Shown piece after piece: positions 39,596-51,656 of a stretch of DNA of 64,000 bases. The notes under the pieces are model-generated. The model saw only the letters and a program-made list of their open reading frames with translations, searched no databases and was not told where the DNA came from. The stretch is from Lama glama (lineage: Eukaryota). The position numbers and the translations under genes are program-made. Where the stretch lies: positions 61,382,001-61,446,000 of the forward strand of contig CM052816.1 in assembly GCA_028534125.1 (NCBI GenBank), read 5' to 3'. Position 1 is the stretch's first letter. Each line of letters begins with the position of its first letter.

Positions 39596-40060
39596 TGTGG
39601 TACTCACATCCTTGAGTAGCCCCACGTACACAGATTATGTCTGCATTAATCTCTGTGACCAATAGCATTTGGTGAAAGTGACAGTGTACAGCTTTGAAAG
39701 TAAGATCATAGAACACATGGCCTCTTCCATCTTGATCTCACTAGGACTTTTGGCTCTGGGAGAAGCCTGACACCGTGTCATGAGAACACTCGAACAGCTT
39801 GAGTTGATGGCCACATCAGGAGGAACTGAGATCTACCAACAGCCAGCAGCACTTGGTCAGCTGTGTGAGCGAGTCACCTTCAGCCTTCAGATAACCGTGG
39901 CCCGGACCAGAATCTTGACTGCAACCACGTGAGAGACTGAGCCAGAACTGCCCAGCTAAGCTGTTTCTCGGTAAATGACGCACTGAAACTGTGAGAAAAT
40001 AACTATTTGTTGTTTTAAGCCATTTACTTTTAGATTATCTTATTATATAGTCACATATAA
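39596..40060. mobile_element. MaLR (MLT1-like) solo LTR
   Basis: gaggaactgag ... cagccttcagat ... tgactgcaaccacgtgagagactgagccagaactgcccagctaagctg ... tgttgttttaagcca. Confidence 0.8.
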
Positions 40061-41389
40061 TTTTATCATGCGAATGTTAAAACATCCTAACTGGTTATGG
40101 GTTTGAGGATGGGACAGACTAAAGCAAGGAAAAGGAGTCAAAACATAGGGGGAGAAGGAGAATAAAAATGACAAACCATAACATAAAGCACAAAACACTT
40201 TTCCTAGGAAAATGATCACACAAATAGAAATGTTAAATAAGTAAAGAAAATTAATCAAAGATAGCCAAGGCACAGCAGATTTTGTTTTTTCTCTGCTTTT
40301 CCTGATTTCTAACAGAACTAAATTTTGTTTGGGTTACCCACTCTTCTCTACACAACCACGCATTTAACTAAACCAAACGTGGTTTGTGTGAATTCCCTTC
40401 TTAGTGATTTATTTAGGAATACATTTGCTGCAATATTGACTTAATATATATGTGTCTACTGAGGAACTTTAGGAGAAGACTTTTCTTACTGATTAAAATA
40501 ATATATAGGAAGAGATGGCTTCTCTTATTCTAGTGGATGTAATTGGGACTGCATGGAACATCTGGAACTCTTTAACCATAAAGAGATTGCTATGGACAAA
40601 TCTGGCATATTTAGTATGGCAGAGTCTCAAAAAAGAGAACAAATTCTGATAATGCTTTTGAGCCAGGGAATTAATTGGCCCTAGAGCTACTGTACTGGGG
40701 AACATGATATACAAGATAATTAATTTTCCTTCTGGTTTAAGTCAATTGTGACAGGTTTTTTATGTTACTTGAAACTGAAGACATTCAAGCTGGTAGCAAT
40801 AGTCAATAAAATCATCAAATGAAACTCTCACTCAGGATGAAATTAATTTTATGAAATAGTCTGACAAAGACTAAAATGCATATTTTGGGGTTGTTGGAAA
40901 AATTAATTTCCTTTTAAAAAGGGATAGGCACTGTAACACAAAAATAGGAACAAGTGAAGTAACATTTGGTTATGAAAAGGAATTAATTACAAATCCCATA
41001 TCTGCTTAAATATAATAATTTAAATACAAATTTTACAAGTAGGATAAACTCTTGACTGGATAGTAAAAGACTCAATTAAAGAATTAAAAGATAATTTGAA
41101 GAATTCACCCAGAAATATAAAGAGATAAAAATTATAAGAGCAGATAAAAGATGCAGAGGACAAATTGAGGAACTTCACCAACATAGAAGTTCCTGATGAA
41201 AAGAACAGAGGGAATGATGGATAAGTAGTATTTGAATAGATAATAGCTGAAAATTTTTCTGCAGTAGAATAGAAAGTCTCAGAAAAACATGTGCACTGAA
41301 TACTGTGCAGGATAGATAAAGCTGAAATTACACCATGAAACAGTTTAGTAAAACTATAGAACATCATGGAGAAAGAAGAAAAAAGAAAA

Positions 41390-44300
41390 AATCAGTGCAG
41401 AACTGGTCCTGCAGGGAGGGAGTGGCATAGGAAGAAAGGCACCCTCGTGCTAGGACGCCCCCTCTCAAGCCAGGACGTCATCAGGGACAGCAGCGGAGCT
41501 TCCGAAGCTTGGAGGAGAAAGTGGCAGCTGCTTGACAGACAGAACTAAAACAAACTGGCATGGAGGGACCCTGCGATCCCCAGCCCCAGACATGAGCTAG
41601 CAGGGATGAGCCAGGACTGGCTGCTGGAGATTGGTGAGGAGCCCAGGCAGAGGGCTGGAGCCCACTGCACAGAGGCAGCCTCATGGGACTGGAGGACAGT
41701 GTGAGCTCTGGCAGGGGGTGTGTGTGGAGCAGAACAGCCTGGGACCCCCATAAAAAAGCACCACTGCCGTTTTATGTGTGGGGAAGGGGTGCGCAATGCA
41801 GTCACGCCATAGCTGCTTTCTCTGCTTGGCTCCATCGTTGGTGTGTTCTTGTGAGAAGAGAGGTGGGGCTTGGTTATAGCCATGGCTGAGGCGGAGTTGA
41901 AAGCTGAATCTATATCCAGCGGCCCTGCAACTTCACAGGCAGGACTGAGATATGTTTACAGCCCTAGGCAGAGAGGGTGGATTTGCTCTCTCTGGACCCT
42001 TTGTGGACCCACGCCTCTGCTCACAGGCAGGGAGTGGAGTTCTGGTGCACAGTTGGGCCAGTACGGGTATTTACAACAGGCAGGTGAAACTTACAGTACA
42101 TGGAGGTGGGGCTGAGGTCTGCACTAACCCAGTGGTGCACCACGGATTGAGGCTTGTAACTGCACACTCACTACGGCAGGCCCTAGTGCCTGACTTTGGT
42201 GGATCTGCCCAGGTGGTTCCTGGGGCCCAGAACCTGGGGGACACCAGAGTGGGTGGCCAACATTCCCACAGCTAAGGCTGGGACAAAGGCAGCATCAACA
42301 AAGAGTATTCTGTAAGCCACATAACAAGTGACAGACAACACCATTAGGGCACTTCCCAGTGGACAACTCCTGCCTACTCTTCTTCCCAGCTGAAGCACTC
42401 CAGCCCTGCCTATTACACATCATAGCTCAGAAACGGGTCTAGACGCCTCTATTCCAGCAACAGGGGAGCAGACCAGGCCCCTTTCAAGGCTGTGACAACC
42501 ATAGAACAAAAAAGGAAGCCCTGCTCAATAACAACAATCAGAGCATGCTCTGAATAAGACAACGCCAACCACATTCCCCAGTCAAAGGGATAACAGCCAA
42601 CACACACAGAAGGAAGACAACCATCCATACTAAGAACAGTTATCACAACAAAAGTATCAGATGCACACAGTCTACACAGGAATGCTCCCATTTTAAATAA
42701 AAACAGATAAAACAGACTTTCAAGACAACAGTAGAAAACTGACACTCCTAAATCCATACAGTGAGAAAATATAAGTAAGTGAAGAAGCAGAGGAACCACT
42801 CCCAATTAAAAAAAATAAAAGAAATCCCCTGAAAGAGCAGTTATTGAAATAGACCTCAATAATCTACTAGATCATGACTTCAAGAAGGGAATAATCAATG
42901 CACTGAAGGAACTACAAGAGACTGTCAATAGAGATAGAGAATACTTTAAAAAAGAAATTGAAACTATAAAGAAAAGCCAATTAAAAACAAAACTCAATGA
43001 CTGAGATAAGAGCCAAGCTAAAGGCAGTCAAAAGCAGAGGAGATAATGTAGAGGAATGATTAAGTGACTTAAAGACAGGATAACAGAAGTCACCCAATCA
43101 AAACTGCAGACAGAAAAGCAAGTAAAAACCAATGAGAGCAATATAAGGGACCTATGGGATAATATAAAGCATGCCAACCTACACATAATAGGGGTCCCAG
43201 AGGAGAAGAAAGAGAAAAGGAGATTGAAAAGGTATTTGAAGAAATCATGACTAAAAACTTTCCAAACCTAAAGAAGAAAACAGTTATCCAAGTACAGGAG
43301 GCACAGAGGGTCCCAAACAAGAAGAACCCAGCAGACCTACACCAAGACATATTATAATTAAGATGGCCATGGTTAAAGATAAAGAAGGGATTCTAAAGGC
43401 AGCAAGAGAAAAACAGTTAATTGCAAGGGAACCCCCATAAGGCTTTCAGCTGATTTTTCTACACAGACAGTGCTGGTCAGAAGGGAGTGGCAAGATATAT
43501 TCAAAGTCCTAAATGAGAAAAGGCTGCAACCTAGGATACTCTATCCAGCAAGACTATCCTTTAGAGTAGAAGGAGAGATAAAGAATTTCACAGACAAGCA
43601 GAAACTAAAAGAGTTCAGCAATACTAAACCTATGCTAAAAGAAATATTGAAAAGTCTACTCTAAATAGAAAAGAAGCAGGAAACTATAGAAATGAGAAAA
43701 CCATCATTAGAAATGTGATAACTACAGGGAATTGCAAGAGAATAAACATGAAGATGTGAAAAAAAAAGACATCAAAATCATTAAAGGTGGTAGAGGGGAG
43801 CAAGAAAATAGATTTTTTTTTCCCCTTTTCTTTTTTCCTTTTTTTTTTCTTTTTTTTCCTTTTTTCTCCCCATTTTTTTAGGATGTATTGGAGCCTACAT
43901 AACTACCAGTCTAAAGCAAACAGATATAGTAAGGGGTTAACACACTTGAAAAACAAGGTAACCACAAATCAAAAGCATATAATAGTCACAAAAACTAAAA
44001 AAAAATTAAGCTAATACAAAAGAAAATTATTGAACCAGAAAAATAGCATATGATACCACTTAAATGCGGAATCTTAAAAAAAAAAAAAGGACAAAATAAC
44101 TTATTTACAAAACAGAAACAGACTCATGGACATAGAAAACAAACTTATGGTTACCGGGGGTGGGGAAGGGGATAGGAAGGGATAAATTGGGAGTTTGAGA
44201 TTTGCAGATATTAATATATATAAAATAGATAAACATCAAGTTCATACTGTATATAGCACAGGGAACTATATTCAATATCTTGTAGTAACCTATGGTGAAA

Positions 44301-44420
44301 AAGAATATGAAAATGAATATATGTAGGTTCATGTATGACTGAAGCATTGTGCTGTACACCAGAAATTGACAACATTGTAAACTGACTATACTTCAATAAA
44401 AATATATATTAAAAAAAATA
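41390..44420 (+). mobile_element. ORF1-only L1 derivative (HAL1-like or internally deleted L1): 5'UTR, ORF1, spacer, 3'UTR, poly(A)
   Basis: GC-rich 5'UTR at about 41390-42770, disrupted ORF1 at 42779-43664, spacer to about 44035, then directly the last ORF2 codons and the 3'UTR. Confidence 0.85.
42779..43664 (+). pseudogene. Disrupted L1 ORF1p coding sequence
   Basis: Begins (V)KKQRNHSQLK at a GTG, with frameshifts and stops; C-terminal RREWQDIFKVLNEKRLQPRILYPARLSFRVEGEIKNFTDKQKLKEF...LKSLL* is the ORF1p CTD. Confidence 0.88.
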
Positions 44421-44803
44421 AAGAAGCCAATGTTTTTTGCTTTTTTTGTAAGAAAAAATTATAGGAAGTAGGCAAAAAATTTCTTTAAGAGAATGCAAAG
44501 AGTCTAAAACATAAAAGAACAAAGAGTTAAAATTGACTATGTTAAAATTAGGAATTTCTGTCTATAGCAAAGGAAAACACCTTTAGAGAGCGTTAGAAGG
44601 CAGCCCAAAGAATGGGAGAAATTATTTACAGTATCTATATCCAACAAAGAAGTCAAATCTGAGATATATAAAGACTGTCCCAAAATCAATAAATAGAAGA
44701 CATTCATTCCAATTAAAAATTATACTGGTAAAAAAGACTTAAGAGACACTTCATAATAGAGAAGAAGTATCTTGAAAATATTTTTAAAATAAAGGAGTAA
44801 GAG

Positions 44804-45156
44804 TGTCTTAGTTTGTTTGGACTGCTATAAGAAAATATCACAAACTGGGTAACTTGCAAATGATAGACATTTATTCTCAGTCCTAAAGGCTGGAAGTCTT
44901 GAGATCGAGATGGCAGCATGATCAAGTGAGGGCCTTCTTCCTGGTTCACAGTGACTTCTCCATATGTCCTCACATGGTGGAAGGGATGAGGGATCTCTGT
45001 GTGCTCTCTTTTATAAGAACACTAATCCTATTTACAAGGGTTCCACCCTCATGACCTAAGCACCTCCTAAAAGCCCCATCTCCTAATACTACCACACTGG
45101 GCATTAGTATTTCAACATATGAATTTTAGGGGGACACAAATATTTAGACCATAGCA
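44804..45156. mobile_element. MaLR (MLT1A/B-like) solo LTR, full length
   Basis: TG...CA termini (tgtcttagtttg ... agaccatagca), about 350 bp, flanks aagag/gagag (4 of 5 match). Confidence 0.85.
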
Positions 45157-46289
45157 GAGAGGAATTCTAGTTTCTGACTAAGATGGAATAGACACACTTC
45201 TCCCTATTCCTCCTGCTAAGTGCAGCTGAAAACTTGACACGTTATGAAAATATTAAGAAAACTGAAAAGTAGACTGAAGAGGGCACACTGGCTAAGGAGT
45301 TCGTGAATTGCAGTTCTATTTAGTAGATGGAAAAGACAGAGAAATAAGCTGAATTCTGTTTATGTCTCATGAAGTTTGTATTCCCCATCAGATACAATGA
45401 AATAGACATTTAGATGGAGGAGCTGTTGACATATAGATGATTTTTAAAGCTGTGGAAAAAGGGTGCATTAATCAAAGGAAAAATTAGTTGACAGGGAATA
45501 GAATGGGTATCAGGAATGGGCATTTAAATATTTAGTGATTGAATAGAGGAGGAAGGACCATTAGGGGAGGAGGAAAACTAGAAAAGTATAGTGTCAAGAT
45601 CCTGAGGGAAGAACATTCAGCATTTCCAGAATTTGAGAGTGATCAGCTGAGTTGGATGTTGTTGGGAGTTCAAGAAAGAACTACAAAATTGACAAGACTT
45701 GGCAACATGGATGTCTGAAAAATCATTATTTAGATTTCACTGAGTTCCCTTATTTGAAGCCCATAGCACTTACAAAATATGTCACTAAGTTATGTAACTT
45801 ATTGCAATTTTTCTGTAACCTTATTGAGGAAAGGAACATTGCCTTATATTTTTATACTTCTTTGCCTTTTACACAATGCTGAAGAGCAGGCATTTGTTAT
45901 TGGCATATCAGGGTCTTTGCTGTTAGCTCAGTGATACTCTTTGCATCTTCTCCTCCTTTTTGAATATTAGATATTTGTATAGTAAAGTTATAAACCATTG
46001 ATTATACCCACTCTTTCCTTCTCAAGTTTTAAAAAAATTCCTGCTATTGATCTCATAGTCTTAATAAGAAAGTAAATAAGGAAAGAGAGGTTAAAATGAA
46101 ATTATTTTTTGCCCCTATCTAAGGTAAAAATTTTGGGTATAAAGACTAAAATTGTAAGGTAAAATTTAATACATGAATTTTAATTTGCTTTGCTCACCTG
46201 TAGTGTATCATTATATTGGTAATTGCAAATTTTAACTCTTTTTGAAATTGCCAGATGAATTGTAATAACAAATCACAGTAATCTTTCTT

Positions 46290-47410
46290 TTTTCGCCTTT
46301 TTGTAAAACTGTAAATGATACCAACTATACAGAGATTAAAATAATAGATACCTATGTACACTCGATACCCTGAATTGGTAGATGTTAACATTTTATAATA
46401 ATTTATGTTGTTTTGTTTTTCAAAGAAACTTTTACAGATTTTGTTGATGCCCACTTTGTGCTCTTCCTTAATTCCATCCTCTCTTCTTTCTCCCCTAGGT
46501 AACTGACCTTCAAGATACTGTACGTTCTCCCTATGCATACTTTGGTAAGTTTGATATATATATTTGATGTTAAAAATAATCATAATTTTAAAATTTTATA
46601 AATTATACATTTCCTATCCCAGTATCATGTTAAATTTTATACATCGTACCCAGTTTGAATCATAATATATCCTATTACAGCATTTCAACTTAATATGTAA
46701 TTTATCCACATTGACATGTGTAGATGTAGTCTGTCATTTAACTGCCATATATTATTCCATTGTAGGAATAAATTATAACTTACTTTTTTCCCAATTGATA
46801 ATCATTTAGGTTGTTTTCAATTATTCACTGCTACAAATAGTGTTGCCGTGATTATTAATGTGGATTCTCAAATGCAAGAATTTCTTAAGATTAATACTTA
46901 AAAGTGAAATGGCCAAGTCAAAGACTATGCTATGCACATATTCCTCTTTATTAGATATTGCCAAATTCTTCTTTTTGATGCTTGCCCTTAATTTACACTC
47001 CCGTCAGTGGTATATCAGATGTCCAGTTTCCCCAGTCCTCCCAAACACTTGATATTTTCAAATTTTAACATTTTTGCCACTCTGATGAAAGAGAAACATT
47101 TACATTTCCATGATTCCTAGCAAGACTGAACATTTCATTTTTCATTTATTGGTCATTAGCTTTTTTCTTCTTGTGACTTTCCTATTTATGCCGTTTTCCT
47201 TTTTTTTTTTTTTTTTGGCCTGTCCCTTATAGATTTGTGAGAGATCTTTCAATATTCTAGATATTCATTATGTCTCAGTTATATGTGTTGCAAATTCTTC
47301 TCCCACTTTCTGGCTTTTGTTTTTACTTTTTAATAGTTTTAAAATTTCCATTTAATAAATTTTAACTTACCAGTCTTTTCCTTTATGCTTTGAGCCTTTG
47401 CACCTTAAGA
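46290..47410 (-). mobile_element. Old L1 (L1ME/MC-like) 3' fragments
   Basis: Antisense L1 3' text (tattattccattgt ... catttaggttgttttcaa ... ttacactcccgtcag). Confidence 0.65.
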
Positions 47411-48152
47411 TATCCTACAATAGTCCTTTAAAAGATTAGTAAATATTTCACCATATCAAATTCACATCCAGTCTCATTGAAAGAATAAAATGTTTTGTGT
47501 AGAAAACGTATTGAATTTGGTTTTAATGTGTTAAATCTGGTTTTAATGTCTGGGAGGTAGAATTCAAAATTTATCATCTTTAGAGATAGTCACCTGCTCC
47601 AATTTAGTAATGTCAAGCAAGCATAAAATCAGAATTCTTCATCTAATTTTTTCTGAAAATACAAGCCAACAATCTAATTTTAAGAAATGCCTTAATTTTT
47701 AACTTAAAAACATTAAATTTCATTCACTTGCTAATATATTAAAAATTATAAGGTAGAAGTTTATTCTTATCTCTGAAAGTTCCTTAGTCCCTATTCTTTG
47801 GCACTCAAACTCTCCTGCCTTTCTGTTTTTCAGTTTCTGAAATACATACACATATACATGCATACATACAAATTCATTCCTCTCCCAAATTTCCATTTTT
47901 TCCTTCTATGATTTTCTGAAAGGGCCTGTCCACTTAGATTTAATTAGGCTTCTAAAGACTGATAGCAAAGCTCTTTTTTAGATGTAAGTAGTGGATTTGC
48001 TATTTACTCTACTTTGCACATAAATCTTCATCTCTTAATTAAACAGAAAGAGAAGGAAAGCTGGAGGGAAAAGTTTTCAAAGAGTAAAGGACTGGTCATA
48101 TCAACTTAACTTCTCTCAGGGTTTGATTTAAATTTGTTTCATTTAATTCAAT

Positions 48153-48245
48153 TTCAATCCCTGGTACCGCCTCTAAACAAACAAACAAACAAACCCAATT
48201 ATCTCCCCCAACCAAAAAAAAAAAAAAAGAAAGAAAAAGAAAAAG
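48153..48245 (+). mobile_element. 5'-truncated Vic-1-like SINE
   Basis: ttcaatccctggtaccgcctct + (AAAC)n + ccaattatctcccc + poly(A); same bipartite tail as the full copies. Confidence 0.75.
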
Positions 48246-50849
48246 CAATAATGCCTGGATATTACACTAAAGCATGTACATGCTAACAGAAGTGCTACAC
48301 ATAGTATTAAGATGGCAAGATATTAATATAGTATTTATATTACAAGATAAGAAGTGAGGAGAAACCAATAGATTAAAAGAATTACATGGTTACATGGGTA
48401 GGTTCCTTTGTGAAAATTTATTCGACTAAATACTTTTCATCAAATTATATATTTGTGTACTTCTCTATATGAATATTTTACATTAATAAAAAGTTTTTTT
48501 AAAAGGAACATACAAGATAGATCAACCTAATTCAGTATATAGATCCTGGTTCCAATAGAAAGTTTTTTAAAATCTGTATTTGCAATTGAGGAAGTCTGAT
48601 TTTTGATGAAATTAAGGAATTATTAATGTTTTAAGAGTAATAATAGTGGTATAGTAGTGGTTATTTTTTAGTCTTTATATTTTATAAATACAGGTAAATA
48701 TTTAGTGGACTCAATGAAATGCTACCTGGGATTGGTTTCAAGGTAAACCAGTGGGGTGGAACAAGCAACAGGGTTTGACACTTGTTGAAACTGGATGGTG
48801 GATACATTAGGGTTCATTGTACTATTTTTCTACTTTTGAAAGTGTTTGCATTTTATGTAACACAATTAAAATGTACACATACGCACAAAAAGTTATTAGC
48901 CCTTCATCAGTTCTCATGCTAATAATTTTTCACCCTTACTCATACTGTTTTTCTTACCTCAATCATTTGAAGGAAAGGAATCTGTTGGAAATTTTTCATT
49001 ACTCTGTTTAGACGCAGGATGGCACTCTTTGAATAAGTAATTAGCCAAAGTCCACTTCTCATTGAGTAAGCTCCTTTCCTTTACAGTACTGCTATTTCCT
49101 AGGGCAGTTTGTCTTAGTTGAGAGTAAAAACTTTTCAGATGGTTTATATAGATGATTACTACTCATATCTTTACTTTAGTTTTCTCTTCTGGCTGTGTCT
49201 ATCTACTGCTAGTTTTTAAAAAATTAAGGGTAAAGTTCAACAACTATTTAAAAGGTGGTTTGATGCAAAACCAGCTCTGTGCCCACTGTATTTTTGCTGT
49301 TTACAATTATTGCTAAGAAATTAACCATCTTGTATATTTTAATGCAAGTATCTATCTATGTATCTATATCTAAATAGCCCCATATGAATCATCTTTATTT
49401 AAAACTGTCAATTCCAACCATAGGACATATTTCTACGTTTTAAATGGCACTGAGCCAAATACTACTGATTAAGGTCAAGATGAGGACTATTGACTGTGGA
49501 CAGATGCTTTCCCTTTTCAGTCCTCAAAGAAGAATGGAAATAACTCTATTCTTGGATGTCCTCAGTCTGATTCATGCCTTCTTTTAGCCAACTATTCATG
49601 TATTCACCAGAAGAATTACACCTACTACCTCCGGTGTAGGAAGGAAAAAAAAAAAAATCGAATGAGCAATAATGTTAACAGAAGCTTGAAACTTAAGAGC
49701 TGGTATTCAGAAAGGTCCTTCTCCCCACCCCCTTCCCTCCGGTCCAATTCCCCTTTCTGGTTCTGGCCATCGGAAATTGACTTGGCGTTAACTGCGGACT
49801 GGAATTTCAAGGCGTCAATTCCCGCCCCCCTCGGGCCCACCACCCCCCCTCGGAAACTCTTAAACCTCTGCCTGCCCTATTCTCTACTGTAGAGACAGAT
49901 AAATGATGCAGCAGATTACACCGCTGAAAGGCAGCATTTGTCCTTAGCTATTTTCACATTTTTTCCTGTTTCCGATTTGTGTGCCAAACTTTTGTTTGCT
50001 TGCTTAGGACATGGATAACATATTTGGGTATGCTCCCCACCGTTTAATGCCAGTGGCTTTCTCCCAGCAAATGAAAGTGAAAGTGCGACGTTGTAGCTGT
50101 GTTTTATTCTTAAAGTATGGACTGGCAGCTGGTGTGTATGGAGTGGTGGGGAGGGGGCGGGGAGGGTGGATTTAGGAAGCTTGAAGAACCAGTTTTGAGG
50201 TTTTGTTTGTTTATCTTGAGATCGCAGCAGGATTCCTGACCACCCCCCTTCCCCTTTTGGGGTCTGACTTCGGTTTTATTTTCATTTGGGCAGTCACTGA
50301 AGTTTCTTTTCATTCAATGTACTGACTTTAAAAAAAAAATACAGTCCTCTTGTAGCTTTCCCCGGTTGCACTTTAAAACACCATCCAGTCTCACCCTCAT
50401 CTGGAAATAATGCAAGCTTCTCTCTCTTCCCCCGCTCCCTCTCCTCCCCCACTTATTCTTTTTCTCTCTCTCTCTCTTTTCTTTTAAAGCTCCACATAAC
50501 CTGAAGTCGGTAATCAGATGGAAAATGTGCTGGTCTTAGTTTATTTTAGTCTACTCTCCCTTTTGGTGACAATTTTATTTGTTGAGATATATAAAGACAA
50601 CACAGGCATTTTGTGCACATGTAGCTACCGAGCCTTGAAATCTGCCAGTGATCGAAGTTTGTTGTAGTTTCCCCAAAGACACTGTTTATGTGCAACTTTT
50701 AACATTTCTGTTGCGTTGATTTTTTGAAAAATACATGGAGAAGGGCACCAGAGATTTTAGCAGTGACATTAGTTCATCTAAAGCCATTCATCCTCCCTCC
50801 CCCTTCCCTTTACTAAGAAACTAATCACAAACCAGGCTAGAATTTCTAA

Positions 50850-51100
50850 AAAGAGGTTAGAGGAGGAGGAGGAGGAAAAGAGGCGGAGTGGGGAAGGGGA
50901 CTGAGGTTAGAAGGGCCAGAATTTCTCTCATTCACAGGGTGGAAAAGTTGACATTGTCTAAGCCCTTCTGAATGGCTGGTAGTTGGTTACCCCGATTGTA
51001 CCTCTACCTCCCCTCCCCCTCCACGTGACGGCCCAGGACACATGCGCACCCGACGCAGCCCAGCACATCTGCAGACTGACGTCAGTGTGCTCTGCCTCCG
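50850..51100 (+). promoter_or_regulatory. ADAMTS6 proximal promoter
   Basis: E-box CACGTG at 51022-51027 overlapping a half-CRE TGACG. Full CRE TGACGTCA at 51077-51084. Local CpGs and purine/pyrimidine tracts. Repeat-free context upstream of the first-exon donor. Confidence 0.7.
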
Positions 51101-51656
51101 AGGAAAAGCTGCCAAAATTTTGCTGCAATTCAAGTTGGCTGGGGGCCGGTAGTGAGATCTAGGGCTACTTCAACAAAACTTTGCTGCCCTTCCTGCTCCT
51201 CTTGTCTTCTTTTCTCCTGATACCTTTTGATGCTCTTCACATGTTATTTGCATAGCAAAGGCACTAAAGCTGTCCAGGAAGAGAGGGCACCACTTCCACC
51301 CCCATTAAGCCTTTTTTTTTTTTCCCTTCCTTCCTTTCTTTTTTTTTTTTTTCTTTCCTTTTTTTGGAGGGGGGTGCGAGAGAGAAAGGGGGTTTTGCAA
51401 AGGCAACATCTCAGGATGATAGCCTGGATGTATTGAAGGCATCTCTTTTTCTGCCAAATCGGAAAGTCCGTTCTCTAAAGCCCGGGTTAGTCAGACTATA
51501 GGGTTTTATTCTGGCTGCAGAATAACTAACTGACTGCTGTGGCTTTGCAAAGGGGGGCAGAAAAAAAAGTTAAAGAGGAGAGGGAGTACGTGAGTCGTCC
51601 AGTGCAATCTCTATTGTTTGAAACTTACTTTTTATCAGAATTTGAAGATGAAAACG
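51100..51656 (+). other. ADAMTS6: ADAMTS6 non-coding exon 1 (start approximate)
   Basis: Donor ACG|GTAAGG at 51656/51657 downstream of the CRE/E-box promoter; repeat-free sequence. Confidence 0.6.

Noticed and set aside
41366..42805. Cluster of overlapping ORFs on both strands
   Set aside because: They lie in the GC-rich L1 5'UTR; no domain similarity that I recognise.
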